From contig JBGPFC010000019.1 in the NCBI GenBank assembly GCA_041483195.1, positions 2,853-66,852 on the forward strand: a DNA stretch of 64,000 nucleotides. The letters are read 5' to 3'. A program made the translations under genes and the position numbers. The stretch is from Candidatus Eiseniibacteriota bacterium. GTDB lineage: Bacteria > Eisenbacteria > RBG-16-71-46. The notes below the pieces were generated by a model, which did not search any database, was not told where the DNA came from, and saw only the letters and a program-made list of their open reading frames with translations. Shown here piece by piece: positions 23,703 to 33,998 of this stretch (positions within the stretch are counted from its first letter, which is position 1; each line of letters opens with the position of its first letter).

Positions 23703-25898
23703 ATGGCGGACCGTGATGGGGTGGGACGGCGGGCTTGGGGCGCCGCGTGCGACGGACTCTTCCGCTCGCGCGCGGCCGGTCTGTCCGTGGCCACCGTGTT
23801 CGCCGCCATCGCGCTGCTCTTCGCCTCTGGAATTCCGCCGGGCGCCGCACCCGCGAACGCCGCGCCCGACAACGCGACCTGCCTCACCTGCCACGCTTCG
23901 CCCGACATGGGCAAGGCGGCCGTGGACACGCTCGCGATCCACGCTTCGGTCCACGCGGGCCTCGCGTGCTCGAGCTGCCACGCGGGCGTCACCGACATCC
24001 CGCACGCCGAGAAGCTTCCGCGCGTGCGCTGCGAATCGTGTCACGGCGCGGTCGCGAGCGCGCTCGCGCGGAGCGTGCACGGCGCGGCGGGTGCGGTCCG
24101 CTGCACCGACTGCCACGGCACGCACACGATCCGTCCCGCGAAGCGCACGTCGCTCGAGCTGTGCGGCCGCTGCCACGCGAACCAGAGCGCCGACTACCAG
24201 GCCAGCGTCCACGGGGTCGCCCTCGCGAACGGCGATCGCGACGCATCGACCTGCGCCGACTGCCACGGCGTCGTGCACTCGATCCGCGCCCATGCCGACT
24301 CGACGTCCACCGTCAGCCGCGGCCGGCTGGCCGCGACCTGCGGCCGCTGTCACGCCGATCGCGCGCTGATGGCGAAGCGCGGGATCACCATTCCCGAGGC
24401 CTACCAGCTCTTCCGCCGGAGCGTGCACGGCCGCTCGAAGCGCGCCGACGCCGCGGTGTGCTCGGACTGCCACGCGAGCCACCGGCTGCTCCGCGCGAAC
24501 GACCCCGCTTCGTCGATCTATCGCGCGAACATCCCCGCCACCTGCGGGCGTTGCCATCGCGCGCAGGACGAGAAGTACTCGGAGGGCGTGCACGGCACGG
24601 CGCTCGCCCGCGGCGTCACCGCCGCGCCGGTGTGCACCGACTGCCATGGCGAGCACCTGATCCGCGGGCCGAAGGACATCGATTCGCCGGTCGCGAGCGG
24701 GAACGTGAGCGAGACCTGCTCGCGCTGCCACGAGGCGACCGGCATTCGCGAGACCTACGGGCTCCCGGCGGGCCGGCTCTCGACCTACCGCGACAGCTTC
24801 CACGGGCTCGCGGCGCGCGGCGGCTCGCCGGTGGTCGCGAACTGCGCGAGCTGCCACGGCTACCACGACATTCTTCCGTCGAGCGATCCGCGTTCCGCGA
24901 TCTCTCCGGCGCGGCTGCCCACGACCTGCGGGCGCTGCCATCCGGGCGCCGGCGCGCGCTTCGCGATGGGCCGCGTGCACGTCGCCATGACCACGCGCGA
25001 CCAGCCGCTGCTGTTCTGGGTGCGTCGCGCCTATCTCGTGCTGATCGTGCTCACCATCGGCGGGATGACCCTCCACCAGGCGCTCGATTTCGGCTCGAAG
25101 CTGCGGCGTCATCTGTCGGAGCATCTCGGGCAGCTCACGCCGCACACCGACGCGATGAAACGCTGGTACGTCCGCCTCACGCCGTTCGAGCGCGTGCAGC
25201 ACGTGCTGCTGGCGGCGAGCTTCTTCACGCTGGTCTATACCGGCTTCGCGCTCAAGTTCCCGGAGGCCTGGCCGTTCGCATGGCTGGCGCGCCTCGAGGG
25301 CGGATACCGCTGGCGAAGCGTGATCCATCGCGGCGCCGCGGTCGCGATGGTGGCCGCCTCGCTGACGCACCTCGCGTACCTGGCGACGCGCCGCGGCCGC
25401 GAGGCGCTGCGCGCGATGCTGCCCGCCCCGGCCGACGCGACTCAGGCGATCGCGAACCTCCTGTATCTCGCGGGGCTGCGGCGTGCCCCGCCCCAGTTCG
25501 ACCGTTTCAGCTACATCGAGAAGGCCGAGTACTGGGCGCTGATCTGGGGAACCGTGGTCATGAGCGCGACCGGTCTCGTGCTATGGTTCGAGAACGCATC
25601 CTTGCAGTGGCTCAACAAGTGGGTGCTCGATCTCGCGACGGTGGTCCACTACTACGAGGCGTGGCTCGCGTTCCTCGCGATCGTCGTGTGGCACCTGTAC
25701 CAGGTCATGATGAACCCCGACGTGTACCCGATGAACTGGACGTGGCTGACGGGCCGCATTTCCGAGCAGCAGCTGCGCCACGAGCATCCGGCCGAATGGG
25801 CGCGCATGGCGGCGGCGGAAGCCGCGGCCGCGCTCCCCGAAAACCCGCCCGCGGCGGAGGGCGCGCCGCCCCACCCGGAGGAAAGGAACGAACCATGA
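23703..25898 (+). CDS. CbcL-like fusion: 13-heme c-type cytochrome domain plus C-terminal membrane cytochrome b domain
   Basis: Thirteen CxxCH motifs counted. The C-terminal TM region is homologous to that of 19662-22508 (FERVQHVLLAASFF, VIHRGAAVAMV, VVHYYEAWLAFLAIVVWHLYQV). The ATG at 23703 is the first plausible start before the hydrophobic leader. Confidence 0.8.
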   Translation: MADRDGVGRRAWGAACDGLFRSRAAGLSVATVFAAIALLFASGIPPGAAPANAAPDNATCLTCHASPDMGKAAVDTLAIHASVHAGLACSSCHAGVTDIPHAEKLPRVRCESCHGAVASALARSVHGAAGAVRCTDCHGTHTIRPAKRTSLELCGRCHANQSADYQASVHGVALANGDRDASTCADCHGVVHSIRAHADSTSTVSRGRLAATCGRCHADRALMAKRGITIPEAYQLFRRSVHGRSKRADAAVCSDCHASHRLLRANDPASSIYRANIPATCGRCHRAQDEKYSEGVHGTALARGVTAAPVCTDCHGEHLIRGPKDIDSPVASGNVSETCSRCHEATGIRETYGLPAGRLSTYRDSFHGLAARGGSPVVANCASCHGYHDILPSSDPRSAISPARLPTTCGRCHPGAGARFAMGRVHVAMTTRDQPLLFWVRRAYLVLIVLTIGGMTLHQALDFGSKLRRHLSEHLGQLTPHTDAMKRWYVRLTPFERVQHVLLAASFFTLVYTGFALKFPEAWPFAWLARLEGGYRWRSVIHRGAAVAMVAASLTHLAYLATRRGREALRAMLPAPADATQAIANLLYLAGLRRAPPQFDRFSYIEKAEYWALIWGTVVMSATGLVLWFENASLQWLNKWVLDLATVVHYYEAWLAFLAIVVWHLYQVMMNPDVYPMNWTWLTGRISEQQLRHEHPAEWARMAAAEAAAALPENPPAAEGAPPHPEERNEP

Positions 25899-26650
25899 CG
25901 ACCTGTCGCGCGCTGTTCGCGGGGACCCTCGCGATCGCCATGCTGTCCCTGATTTCCGCCTGCCAGACCACGCCGCGGCCGTGGGCGTCGCCGGAATCGC
26001 TTCAGAAGGGCCAGCAGGCGTTCCTCTCGTACTGCGCGATGTGTCACGGCGACGGGGGCGACGGCGACGGCGAGCTCGCCTCCACGCTCCAGCAATCCGG
26101 CGTGGTGGTCGCGCGGCTCAGCAGCGCGGCGAGCATGCAGAAGCTCGGATACCTGGGCGTGCGCAAGGTGATCGTTCAGGGCGGCGCGCACACCGGTCGT
26201 TCGAACATCATGCCCGCCTGGGGCGAGCGCTTGCCAGACGACCTCATCAGCGCCATCGCGGCCTACGTGATGACGCTCTCCGACAAGACGCCGGCCATTC
26301 CGGAGGCCACGGTGCGGAAGTACCTCGCGGCGCCGGCCGGCGTTCCGGACGAAGGCCGCCGCGTGTTCGTGCACTACTGCGCGGCGTGTCACGGCCCGTT
26401 CGGTCGCGGCGACGGCACCTACGCCGAGGCGCTGCGCGTGCAGCACAACATCCGCCCGCGCGATCTCACCGACTCGACCTACCTCGCGCAGAAGACCGAC
26501 GAGCAGCTGTTCGCGACCATCTCGCTGGGCGGGGCGCACGTCGGAAAGTCGAACTTCATGCCGGCCTGGTCAGTGTCGCTCAGCCCCGAGCAGATCAAGA
26601 GCCTCGCCAGCTACATCCGCGAGATCTCGCGCACCTCGCCGCGGCCCTGA
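25895..26650 (+). CDS. periplasmic (lipoprotein-like) diheme c-type cytochrome, paralog of 6012-6785
   Basis: ATGA overlap with the preceding gene. Leader ...MLSLISAC. Two CxxCH motifs (CAMCH, CAACH) with the same GGAHxG(R/K)SN.MPAW motifs as the paralog. Confidence 0.8.
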   Translation: MTTCRALFAGTLAIAMLSLISACQTTPRPWASPESLQKGQQAFLSYCAMCHGDGGDGDGELASTLQQSGVVVARLSSAASMQKLGYLGVRKVIVQGGAHTGRSNIMPAWGERLPDDLISAIAAYVMTLSDKTPAIPEATVRKYLAAPAGVPDEGRRVFVHYCAACHGPFGRGDGTYAEALRVQHNIRPRDLTDSTYLAQKTDEQLFATISLGGAHVGKSNFMPAWSVSLSPEQIKSLASYIREISRTSPRP

Positions 26651-26687
26651 GCGAGGCCAGTCAAGATCCGCTTCATCGCAAACGCGA

Positions 26688-26716
26688 GCGGGCCGGACCC
26701 AGTTGGTCCGGCCCGC
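26688..26716. terminator. GC-rich hairpin between convergent genes (candidate bidirectional terminator)
   Basis: GGGCCGGACC-CAGTT-GGTCCGGCCC is a perfect 10-bp stem, extendable to 12 bp. It is followed by CGCGTTT on the plus strand. Confidence 0.5.
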
Positions 26717-26734
26717 CGCGTTTACCGCTCCTCG

Positions 26735-28057
26735 CTACGCTTCGCGCTTCCCGTCGAGCTGCCGGATCTTGAGGACCAGCATGCCGATGGTCGCGAGGAT
26801 CACCAGCAGCGAGAGCCCCATGCCGATGCGCCGCGTGCGCCAGTCCTTCAGAGCGAGCCCCGCGTCGGCCTCGGCGTGCGACGCGAAGCCGTCGCCTTCC
26901 GCGATGACGGCCTGCACCGCCTCCGCGTCGAAGCCGTGGATCGCGGCGCGCGCGCCCACCAGACGGTCCTGCGCCTCGCGCAGCTGCGCGCGAGCGGCGG
27001 AGGTCTCCATGCCGCGCCGCTCCGCGAGATTCAGCAGGCTGTCCGCGCGAGCGAGCGATCCCTTGAGCCGGCCGAAGCGATCGATGATGAGCGCGGCGCC
27101 GCGCTCCCCGGCCGAGCCCGGCGCGTGACACGAGGCGCACACGCCGCCGGGGCCGTTCGAGAGCATCGCGTCGGTCGGGCGCTGGACGCCGTGATTGCTG
27201 TGGCAGGTTACGCAGCCGCGCTTGCCCGTCGCGAGGAAGGCCGCGCTCACCTTGCTCTTCGCGAACAGCTCGCCCTCGCGGCCGTGGCAGTTGCCGCACA
27301 CCACCGAGATGTCGCGCGTGTTGGGCGGCACGGCGCCGTGATTGCCGTGGCAATCGTTGCAGGCCGGGGCCGCGGTGTCGTCGCGCTCGAGCAGCGCCTT
27401 GCCGTGAACGCTCTGCGAGTAGAGCGCGAACTGGTTGGTCGGCACCGAGCGGCCCTTCATGTACTCGGCGTTGTGGCACTTCGAGCAGGTGATGGGAACG
27501 TTGCGGTGGTACACCGGCGAGCGCGGATCCTTGCGCGTGAGGATGCCGTGCACGCCGTGGCAGTTGGTGCAGGTCGCGACCTTGGTGTCGCCTTCCGAGA
27601 TCTTCTTGCAGTGGACGCTGGTGCGGAACTCGGCCATCGAGAACACGTAGGGCTTGGGGTTGTAGCGCTTCATGTAGGCCGCGTCGGCGTGGCACTTCGC
27701 GCAGACCTCTGCGATCTCGATGCGTGCCGGCGCGCCGCGGAATCCCTTGTCGGGATCCATCGCCGACAGCTCGGGATCGGCCGGATTTCCGCCGTGGCAG
27801 GCCACGCAGCCGAGCCCGCGCACGGCGTGGATGTCCTCCGCGAAATTGCGCGTGGGAGCGACCAGCCGCTCCTCGGTCTGCCGGCGGTGGCAATCCATGC
27901 AGGTGTTGGGGGCGCCCGGGGCGGAGGCCGCGGTCGCCGCGGCGGGCGCGCCCGCCGGAGGCTGCGCGGCGGGCGTTGATTCCGGCGCGGCGTGCGCGAG
28001 CGCCGCGCACAACGCGAGCGCGATCGCCAGCGCGGGCACCACCCGGGGCGCGCTCAC
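26735..28057 (-). CDS. nonaheme c-type cytochrome with a C-terminal TM anchor (module B)
   Basis: GTG at 28057 overlaps the cytochrome b stop (GTGA). Nine CxxCH motifs. C-terminal helix [17 protein letters not shown]. Same architecture as 12977-14230. Confidence 0.8.
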   Translation of the reverse strand: MSAPRVVPALAIALALCAALAHAAPESTPAAQPPAGAPAAATAASAPGAPNTCMDCHRRQTEERLVAPTRNFAEDIHAVRGLGCVACHGGNPADPELSAMDPDKGFRGAPARIEIAEVCAKCHADAAYMKRYNPKPYVFSMAEFRTSVHCKKISEGDTKVATCTNCHGVHGILTRKDPRSPVYHRNVPITCSKCHNAEYMKGRSVPTNQFALYSQSVHGKALLERDDTAAPACNDCHGNHGAVPPNTRDISVVCGNCHGREGELFAKSKVSAAFLATGKRGCVTCHSNHGVQRPTDAMLSNGPGGVCASCHAPGSAGERGAALIIDRFGRLKGSLARADSLLNLAERRGMETSAARAQLREAQDRLVGARAAIHGFDAEAVQAVIAEGDGFASHAEADAGLALKDWRTRRIGMGLSLLVILATIGMLVLKIRQLDGKREA

Positions 28058-29130
28058 GGCTTCGCTCCGCGATACGACAGCAGCGTGAAGACGATGATGT
28101 AGACGATCGCCACCGCGCCCACCAGCGTCCAGAGCCGCGCGCGCCGGCCGGCGCCGCGCGGATCGTCGAGGAACGGGACCGCCACCCAGACCGCGGCCGC
28201 GAATCCGATCGCGAGGATGCCGACCAGCTCGCCTTCCATCCCCAGGATGTGCGAGGGCAGCAGCTTCAGCGTCTGGAACATCCACCCGAAATACCATTCG
28301 GGGCGGATGCCGGCGGGGGCCGGCGCGTAGGGATCGGCCTTGATGCCCAGCTCCCATGGCAGCAACGCCGAGAGCAGCGCGAGTACGCCGAGCGCGGCGA
28401 GCCATCCCACCATGTCGCGCAGCAGGAAGCCGGGGACGAATTTCATCGTGCGCGGCGGCGCGCCGGCGCTCTCCACCGACGGCGGAACGCTCATGCCGTG
28501 GCGCTGCACGAGGTAGAGGTGAAGGCCGAGCACCACGGTCACGGCCGCGGGCAGGATGGCGACGTGAATCCCGAAGAAGCGCGTGAGGGTTCCGCCGGTG
28601 ATGTGGTCGCCGCCGCGCATGAACCGCAGCATGAACGGGCCGATCCCGGGCAGCACCCCCATGATGTCGGTGCCGACCTTGGTCGCGAAGAACGCGAGCT
28701 GGTTCCAGGGCAGCAGGTAGCCGCTGAACCCGAACGCCATCGAGATGCCCAGCAGCGCCATGCCGGTGAGCCACGTGACCTCGCGCGGCTGGCGGTACGA
28801 CTTGAGCAGGAACGCGCTGAACATGTGCACCAGCGCCGCGCCGATCATGAGGTTCGCGCTCCAGGAGTGAATGGAGCGGATCAGCCAGCCGAACGACACC
28901 TGGGTCATCAGGAAGCGCACGCTCTCGTACGCTTCGTCGGCGCTCGCCCGGTAGTAGAGCAGCAACAGGATGCCGGTCGCGACCTGGACGCCGAACAGGA
29001 ACAGCGTCATGCCGCCCCAGTAGTACCAGAACGTGTGGCGATGGATCGGGACTTCCTTCTTCTCGGCGAGGTGCAGGATCTCGTCGAGGCCGATCCGGTC
29101 GCGCAGCCACGCCTGCAGCGCCTCTCTCAC
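28054..29130 (-). CDS. cytochrome b (b6+subunit IV-type fusion), canonical four-His (module B)
   Basis: [21 protein letters not shown] and [24 protein letters not shown] carry both bis-His pairs. The PEWY motif is present (RPEWYF). Confidence 0.85.
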   Translation of the reverse strand: MREALQAWLRDRIGLDEILHLAEKKEVPIHRHTFWYYWGGMTLFLFGVQVATGILLLLYYRASADEAYESVRFLMTQVSFGWLIRSIHSWSANLMIGAALVHMFSAFLLKSYRQPREVTWLTGMALLGISMAFGFSGYLLPWNQLAFFATKVGTDIMGVLPGIGPFMLRFMRGGDHITGGTLTRFFGIHVAILPAAVTVVLGLHLYLVQRHGMSVPPSVESAGAPPRTMKFVPGFLLRDMVGWLAALGVLALLSALLPWELGIKADPYAPAPAGIRPEWYFGWMFQTLKLLPSHILGMEGELVGILAIGFAAAVWVAVPFLDDPRGAGRRARLWTLVGAVAIVYIIVFTLLSYRGAKP

Positions 29131-29558
29131 GCCGGCCGGGCCTTCTCGACGACGATGTCATCGCCCTCGACGTGCACGACGTACTGCTCGAGCGGGCGCG
29201 GCGGCGGGCCCGAGACGTTGCGCCCCTCGAGGTCGTACATGCCGTTGTGACACGCGCACCAGATCACGCGGTCGCCCGCGCGGTACTGCACGGTGCAGCC
29301 GAGGTGGGTGCAGACCGCGGACATCGCGTGGAATTCGCCGTTCGCGTCGCGGATCAGGATCCCGGGCTGCGCGCCGAACGGGAAGGTCTTGAAGCTGCCG
29401 GGGGCGAGCTCGGTCTTCTTCGCCGCGACCACGCGGCGGGTGACGGCCTCGGGAAGACGCGGCGGGACCAGGTAGCGGACGACGGGATAAAGAACGAACG
29501 CGCCGAGCGCCGTCCCCGCGATGCGAATCATCCAGTCCAGAAACTGGCGTCGCTTCAT
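29127..29558 (-). CDS. Rieske [2Fe-2S] protein (module B)
   Basis: N-terminal anchor [23 protein letters not shown]. Cluster-binding boxes CTHLGC and CACHNGMY. 4-nt overlap with the cytochrome b gene. Confidence 0.85.
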   Translation of the reverse strand: MKRRQFLDWMIRIAGTALGAFVLYPVVRYLVPPRLPEAVTRRVVAAKKTELAPGSFKTFPFGAQPGILIRDANGEFHAMSAVCTHLGCTVQYRAGDRVIWCACHNGMYDLEGRNVSGPPPRPLEQYVVHVEGDDIVVEKARPA

Positions 29559-29612
29559 CGGCCTCTCGAAGAGTGTGGTTCGCCGCGAACGGGATCCGAG
29601 CGCGGGACGATA

Positions 29613-30113
29613 CTACATGGATCCCGTTGCACGCGCGCGCCGGGCCAGCGCGGCCTCGAGCACTTCGCGCAGCTCGGCGTTCTCGACCGGTCCGATGATG
29701 GTGTACATGGGCCGGAGCCCGAGCATGAGCTTCTGCGTCACGAGCGATCCCTGCGAGGCGACCAGGATGAGCGGCACCGCCGGCGCGGCGCGCCGCAACA
29801 GCTCGAGCACGCCGAAGTCCTCGTCGTCGTGGGTGGTGAGCTCGAAGATCACGGCGTCCGGCGATTGCTGCACCGCCTCCTCGACCAGGGCGCGACCCTC
29901 CTGGCAGCGAACGGCCTCGAAGCCGATGGCGGCCAGCACCTGCGTGATCTCGCCGTCGCAGGAATCGCCGCGCTCGAACAGCAGGAGCCGCGGGGGGCGC
30001 TTCTTCGCGACATCGGGGCGGCCGGGCGCGGGACGCGCCGCACCCATCCCCTTCGGCCCCTTCACCGGCCCCCGTCCATCGGCCGTTTCCCTGCGCATCC
30101 CGTGATCGGTCAT
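29613..30113 (-). CDS. stand-alone pseudo-receiver (Asp-to-Glu, Lys-to-Arg), paralog of 6846-7256
   Basis: ATG at 30113 (MTDHGMRRE...). Receiver-like core RLLLFERGDS / AVIFELTTH / LILVASQG / LRPMYT. Located 54 nt upstream of the Rieske gene on the same strand. Confidence 0.6.
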   Translation of the reverse strand: MTDHGMRRETADGRGPVKGPKGMGAARPAPGRPDVAKKRPPRLLLFERGDSCDGEITQVLAAIGFEAVRCQEGRALVEEAVQQSPDAVIFELTTHDDEDFGVLELLRRAAPAVPLILVASQGSLVTQKLMLGLRPMYTIIGPVENAELREVLEAALARRARATGSM

Positions 30114-30249
30114 GTTCGAGTCGAGTGCTCGCGCCTCCGGAAGCGTGGCCGCCGCCCGGGCGCGATCCGGAGCGGCGATCGCGTCGTGCCGTCGTGTGCG
30201 GCGCCGGCCGCTCCCGCGTTCGTGGCGGGAGGCGGCTTGCCGGGAAGTC

Positions 30250-30268
30250 GTTGCAAGCCCCGAGCCGG
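30250..30268 (-). promoter_or_regulatory. candidate sigma54 (-24/-12) promoter
   Basis: The minus strand reads CCGGCTCGGGGCTTGCAAC. Aligned to TGGCACG-N4-TTGCA, it matches GGC-CG and TTGCA with correct GG-N10-GC spacing. It lies about 130 nt upstream of the pseudo-receiver start and downstream of a sigma54-activator gene. Confidence 0.4.
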
Positions 30269-30364
30269 GCATCGCGTTCCCCCCGGCGGAAACCCAAGCC
30301 GATGCGGGCCGGTGGATTGAGGGTGGGCGCCGCGCCCGCCTGCGTCCCTCACGCGGGCGCGCGA

Positions 30365-30379
30365 CTGTCAGGTTGACAG
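30365..30379. promoter_or_regulatory. palindrome CTGTCA-GGT-TGACAG, candidate enhancer-binding-protein UAS
   Basis: Perfect 6+6 inverted repeat about 100 bp upstream (in the minus-strand sense) of the candidate sigma54 promoter. Confidence 0.3.
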
Positions 30380-30444
30380 AGGAGCCTGAAGGAATGGCAA
30401 CCGCCGCGGGCGGACCGGCACCTCGGGCGGACCGGCGCCGCGGC

Positions 30445-31795
<1,351 letters not shown>

Positions 31796-31803
<8 letters not shown>

Positions 31804-33010
31804 CGTCGCCTCCGGGCCCCGATTCCGGCAGCCATAGGATGAAGCCCGCCCCTTCGCCGGGGCGGCTTTCGACCCGGATCCGGCCTCCGTGCCGGGTGAT
31901 GATGCGCTGGCTGATGGAGAGCCCGAGCCCCGTGCCCTGGCCCACCGGCTTGGTCGTGAAGAACGGATCCCAGATGCGATCGAGGTGAGCGGGATCGATG
32001 CCGGGCCCGGTGTCCGTGATCTCGATCGTGACGCCGCCCCCCTCGCGCCGCGTGCGCACCGTGAGCGTCCCGCCCTGCTGCATCGCCTGCACAGCGTTCA
32101 TCATGAGGTTCATGCACACGCCGCGGATGCCGCTCGCTCGCGCCCAGATCTCGGGCAGGTCGGGATCGAGATCCTCCACGCGTTGCACGTTCAGCCTGCG
32201 CATCTCGTAGTCGAGCAGCGAGAACGTGTCCAGCACCGCGCGGTTCACGTCCATCTTGGTCGCGGCCGTCTGATACGGCTGCGCCAGCAGCATGAGCTTG
32301 CGCGTGGTCTCGCTGCAGCGGCGCGCCTCGGTCTCGATCAGCGCCAGCACTTCCGCGGCCTCGGTCACGCCGTCGGCGTCGAACTGGCCGCGCCCGAGCC
32401 AGCGCTCCAGGCTCTCGACGCCCGCCAGCATCGAGGCCAGCGGGTTGTTGATCTCATGGCCGACGCCCGCGGCCAGCAGGCCGAGCGAGGCGAGCCGCTC
32501 GCTGTGCGCGAGCTGGCTCTCGAGCAGGCTGCGCTCCGAGATGTCGCGCCACACCTCGACGATGTGAGTGATCTCGCCGCCCGCGCCCGCGACCGGATTG
32601 AAGCTCACCTCCCAGCGGCGCGGCCGGCCCTCGGCGTCGGGGCGGGTGCGGAGCAGGCGGCGGGCCTGGCGCGAGTCGATCGCCTCGCACGCCGCGCAGC
32701 GATGGCCTTCGCCGCCCGAAACTTGCTCGGGACAATTGAGCGAGTCGTGACAGCTCGAACCCACCAGGCCCGCGCCGCTGATGCCGAAGGCTTCGATGTA
32801 CCGGCGATTGGCGGCCACCACGCGCAGCCCGCGATCGAGCACCACGAGCGCATCGGAGATCGAATCGATCAGCTCGGGGAGGATCGGGCCGACCTGCTGA
32901 AGATCCACGCGGCGCGAGGAATCGGCAGAGATCAGCGGGATGGCGCGGCCGGGCTTGGGTCTGGGGCGGGACGGCTCGCGTTCGCGCTCGGGCACGGAAG
33001 GCAGTGTCAT
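31796..33010 (-). CDS. cytoplasmic PAS-domain sensor histidine kinase with a four-Cys motif in the PAS domain
   Basis: ATG at 33010. PAS-like segment LIDSISDALVVLDRGLRVVAANRRY containing C87-x5-C93-x11-C105-x2-C108. Canonical H-box LAAGVGHEINNPL. N/G boxes MNLMMNAVQA, DTGPGI, GTGLGL. 8-nt overlap with the regulator gene. Confidence 0.85.
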
Positions 33011-33270
33011 CGGAATTCTCCCGGCTGTCACTTTGGCAGCACTCGTGCCGAAAGGCAAGCGGGCGCGAGCCCGTCGCGTGCCTGCAACTTCGCGCGGGCC
33101 TTCGATTAAAATCCGATTGGGGCGTTCCAAAGCGGTCACGTCAGTTCGACTGCAACGCACGAAGCATGCCCCGATGAGGCCCCCACGCCTGGCGGGCCGG
33201 CGGGGCCGTCACCCTCGTGCGCGGGGCGCGGCGTCGCTCCCACGTACGCGCGCATGTCAGATGCGCAGGG

Positions 33271-33298
33271 TTGACTGACTTCCTGGCATCGCGAGAAT
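33271..33298 (+). promoter_or_regulatory. candidate sigma70-type promoter for the cytochrome c-nosZ unit (TTGACT-N16-GAGAAT)
   Basis: Read directly. Lies about 200 nt upstream of the cytochrome c start and is embedded in the TGTCAG...GGTTGACTGAC element. Confidence 0.3.
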
Positions 33299-33498
33299 GG
33301 CTCGCGTCGGAAAAGCGAACCGCGTGCGGCACCAAGTCCGCTGTCCCCAGCGATCTGCCACCGCGCGCCCCATTCCCCTCCGGCGGCATACGCGTTGCAG
33401 AGACCCAGACGTCCCGGCGGCGTGGGCTCGCGCCGGGAACTCCATTCACGGCACGCCGCGCAACACTCTCGGCGCGATCTCCAGAAAGGATTGTCATC

Positions 33499-33981
33499 AT
33501 GAGGCACCATCTCGCGGGGGCCGCTTTCGCCCTGTCCATGCTGCTCGTCGTCGGCTGCGGCGGAAAGAAGGCGGCCGAGGACAGCGCCACGACCTCGTCG
33601 TCCTCCGCCACCTCCGCGACCACGATGCCGGCGGTCTCGCCGTTCGACTCGGGTCCGCGCGCAGCGGAGGCCCCGATCGACGAAGCCGCCGCCAAGATCG
33701 GCGAAGGGCTGTTCCAGACCAAGGGCTGCACCGCCTGCCACGGGTTCGGCAAGCGCGTCTCCTGCCCGGATCTCGCGGGCGTGACGTCGCGGCGCACCGC
33801 GCTGTGGATGAAGAACCAGATCCTCCACCCGGAGAAGATGACCAAGGAGGATCCGATCGCGCACCAGCTGTTCGCGCAGTTCTCGCTGCAGATGCCCAAC
33901 CAGGGTCTCACCGAAGAGCAGGCCCTGGCGGTCATCGAGTTCCTGAAGCACAAGAATCACGAAGCGGGCGAAACCAAATGA
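33499..33981 (+). CDS. lipoprotein monoheme c-type cytochrome, likely electron donor to NosZ
   Basis: Lipobox MLLVVGCGG, Ser/Thr-rich linker, a single CTACH, and Met in LQMPNQG. Its stop overlaps the ATG at 33978, which is in the nosZ frame. Confidence 0.75.
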   Translation: MRHHLAGAAFALSMLLVVGCGGKKAAEDSATTSSSSATSATTMPAVSPFDSGPRAAEAPIDEAAAKIGEGLFQTKGCTACHGFGKRVSCPDLAGVTSRRTALWMKNQILHPEKMTKEDPIAHQLFAQFSLQMPNQGLTEEQALAVIEFLKHKNHEAGETK

Positions 33982-33998
33982 TCGAAGGAGGAGGGGCC

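Noticed and set aside
23643-25370. 575-aa minus-strand ORF, and the 23735-25894 part of the 971-aa plus-strand ORF
   Set aside because: Shadow frames of the 13-heme gene. Only the 25895-26650 tail of the 971-aa ORF (the diheme cytochrome) is real.
33034-33048. Sigma54-like TGGCAGCACTCGTGC (GG-N10-GC) on the plus strand, pointing toward the nos genes
   Set aside because: It lies only 24 bp from the kinase start codon, leaving no room for an upstream activator site in non-coding DNA. It would imply a 450-nt leader, and its -12 element is GTGC. A sigma70-like pair nearer the operon (33271-33298) is at least as plausible. It is not reported as a feature.
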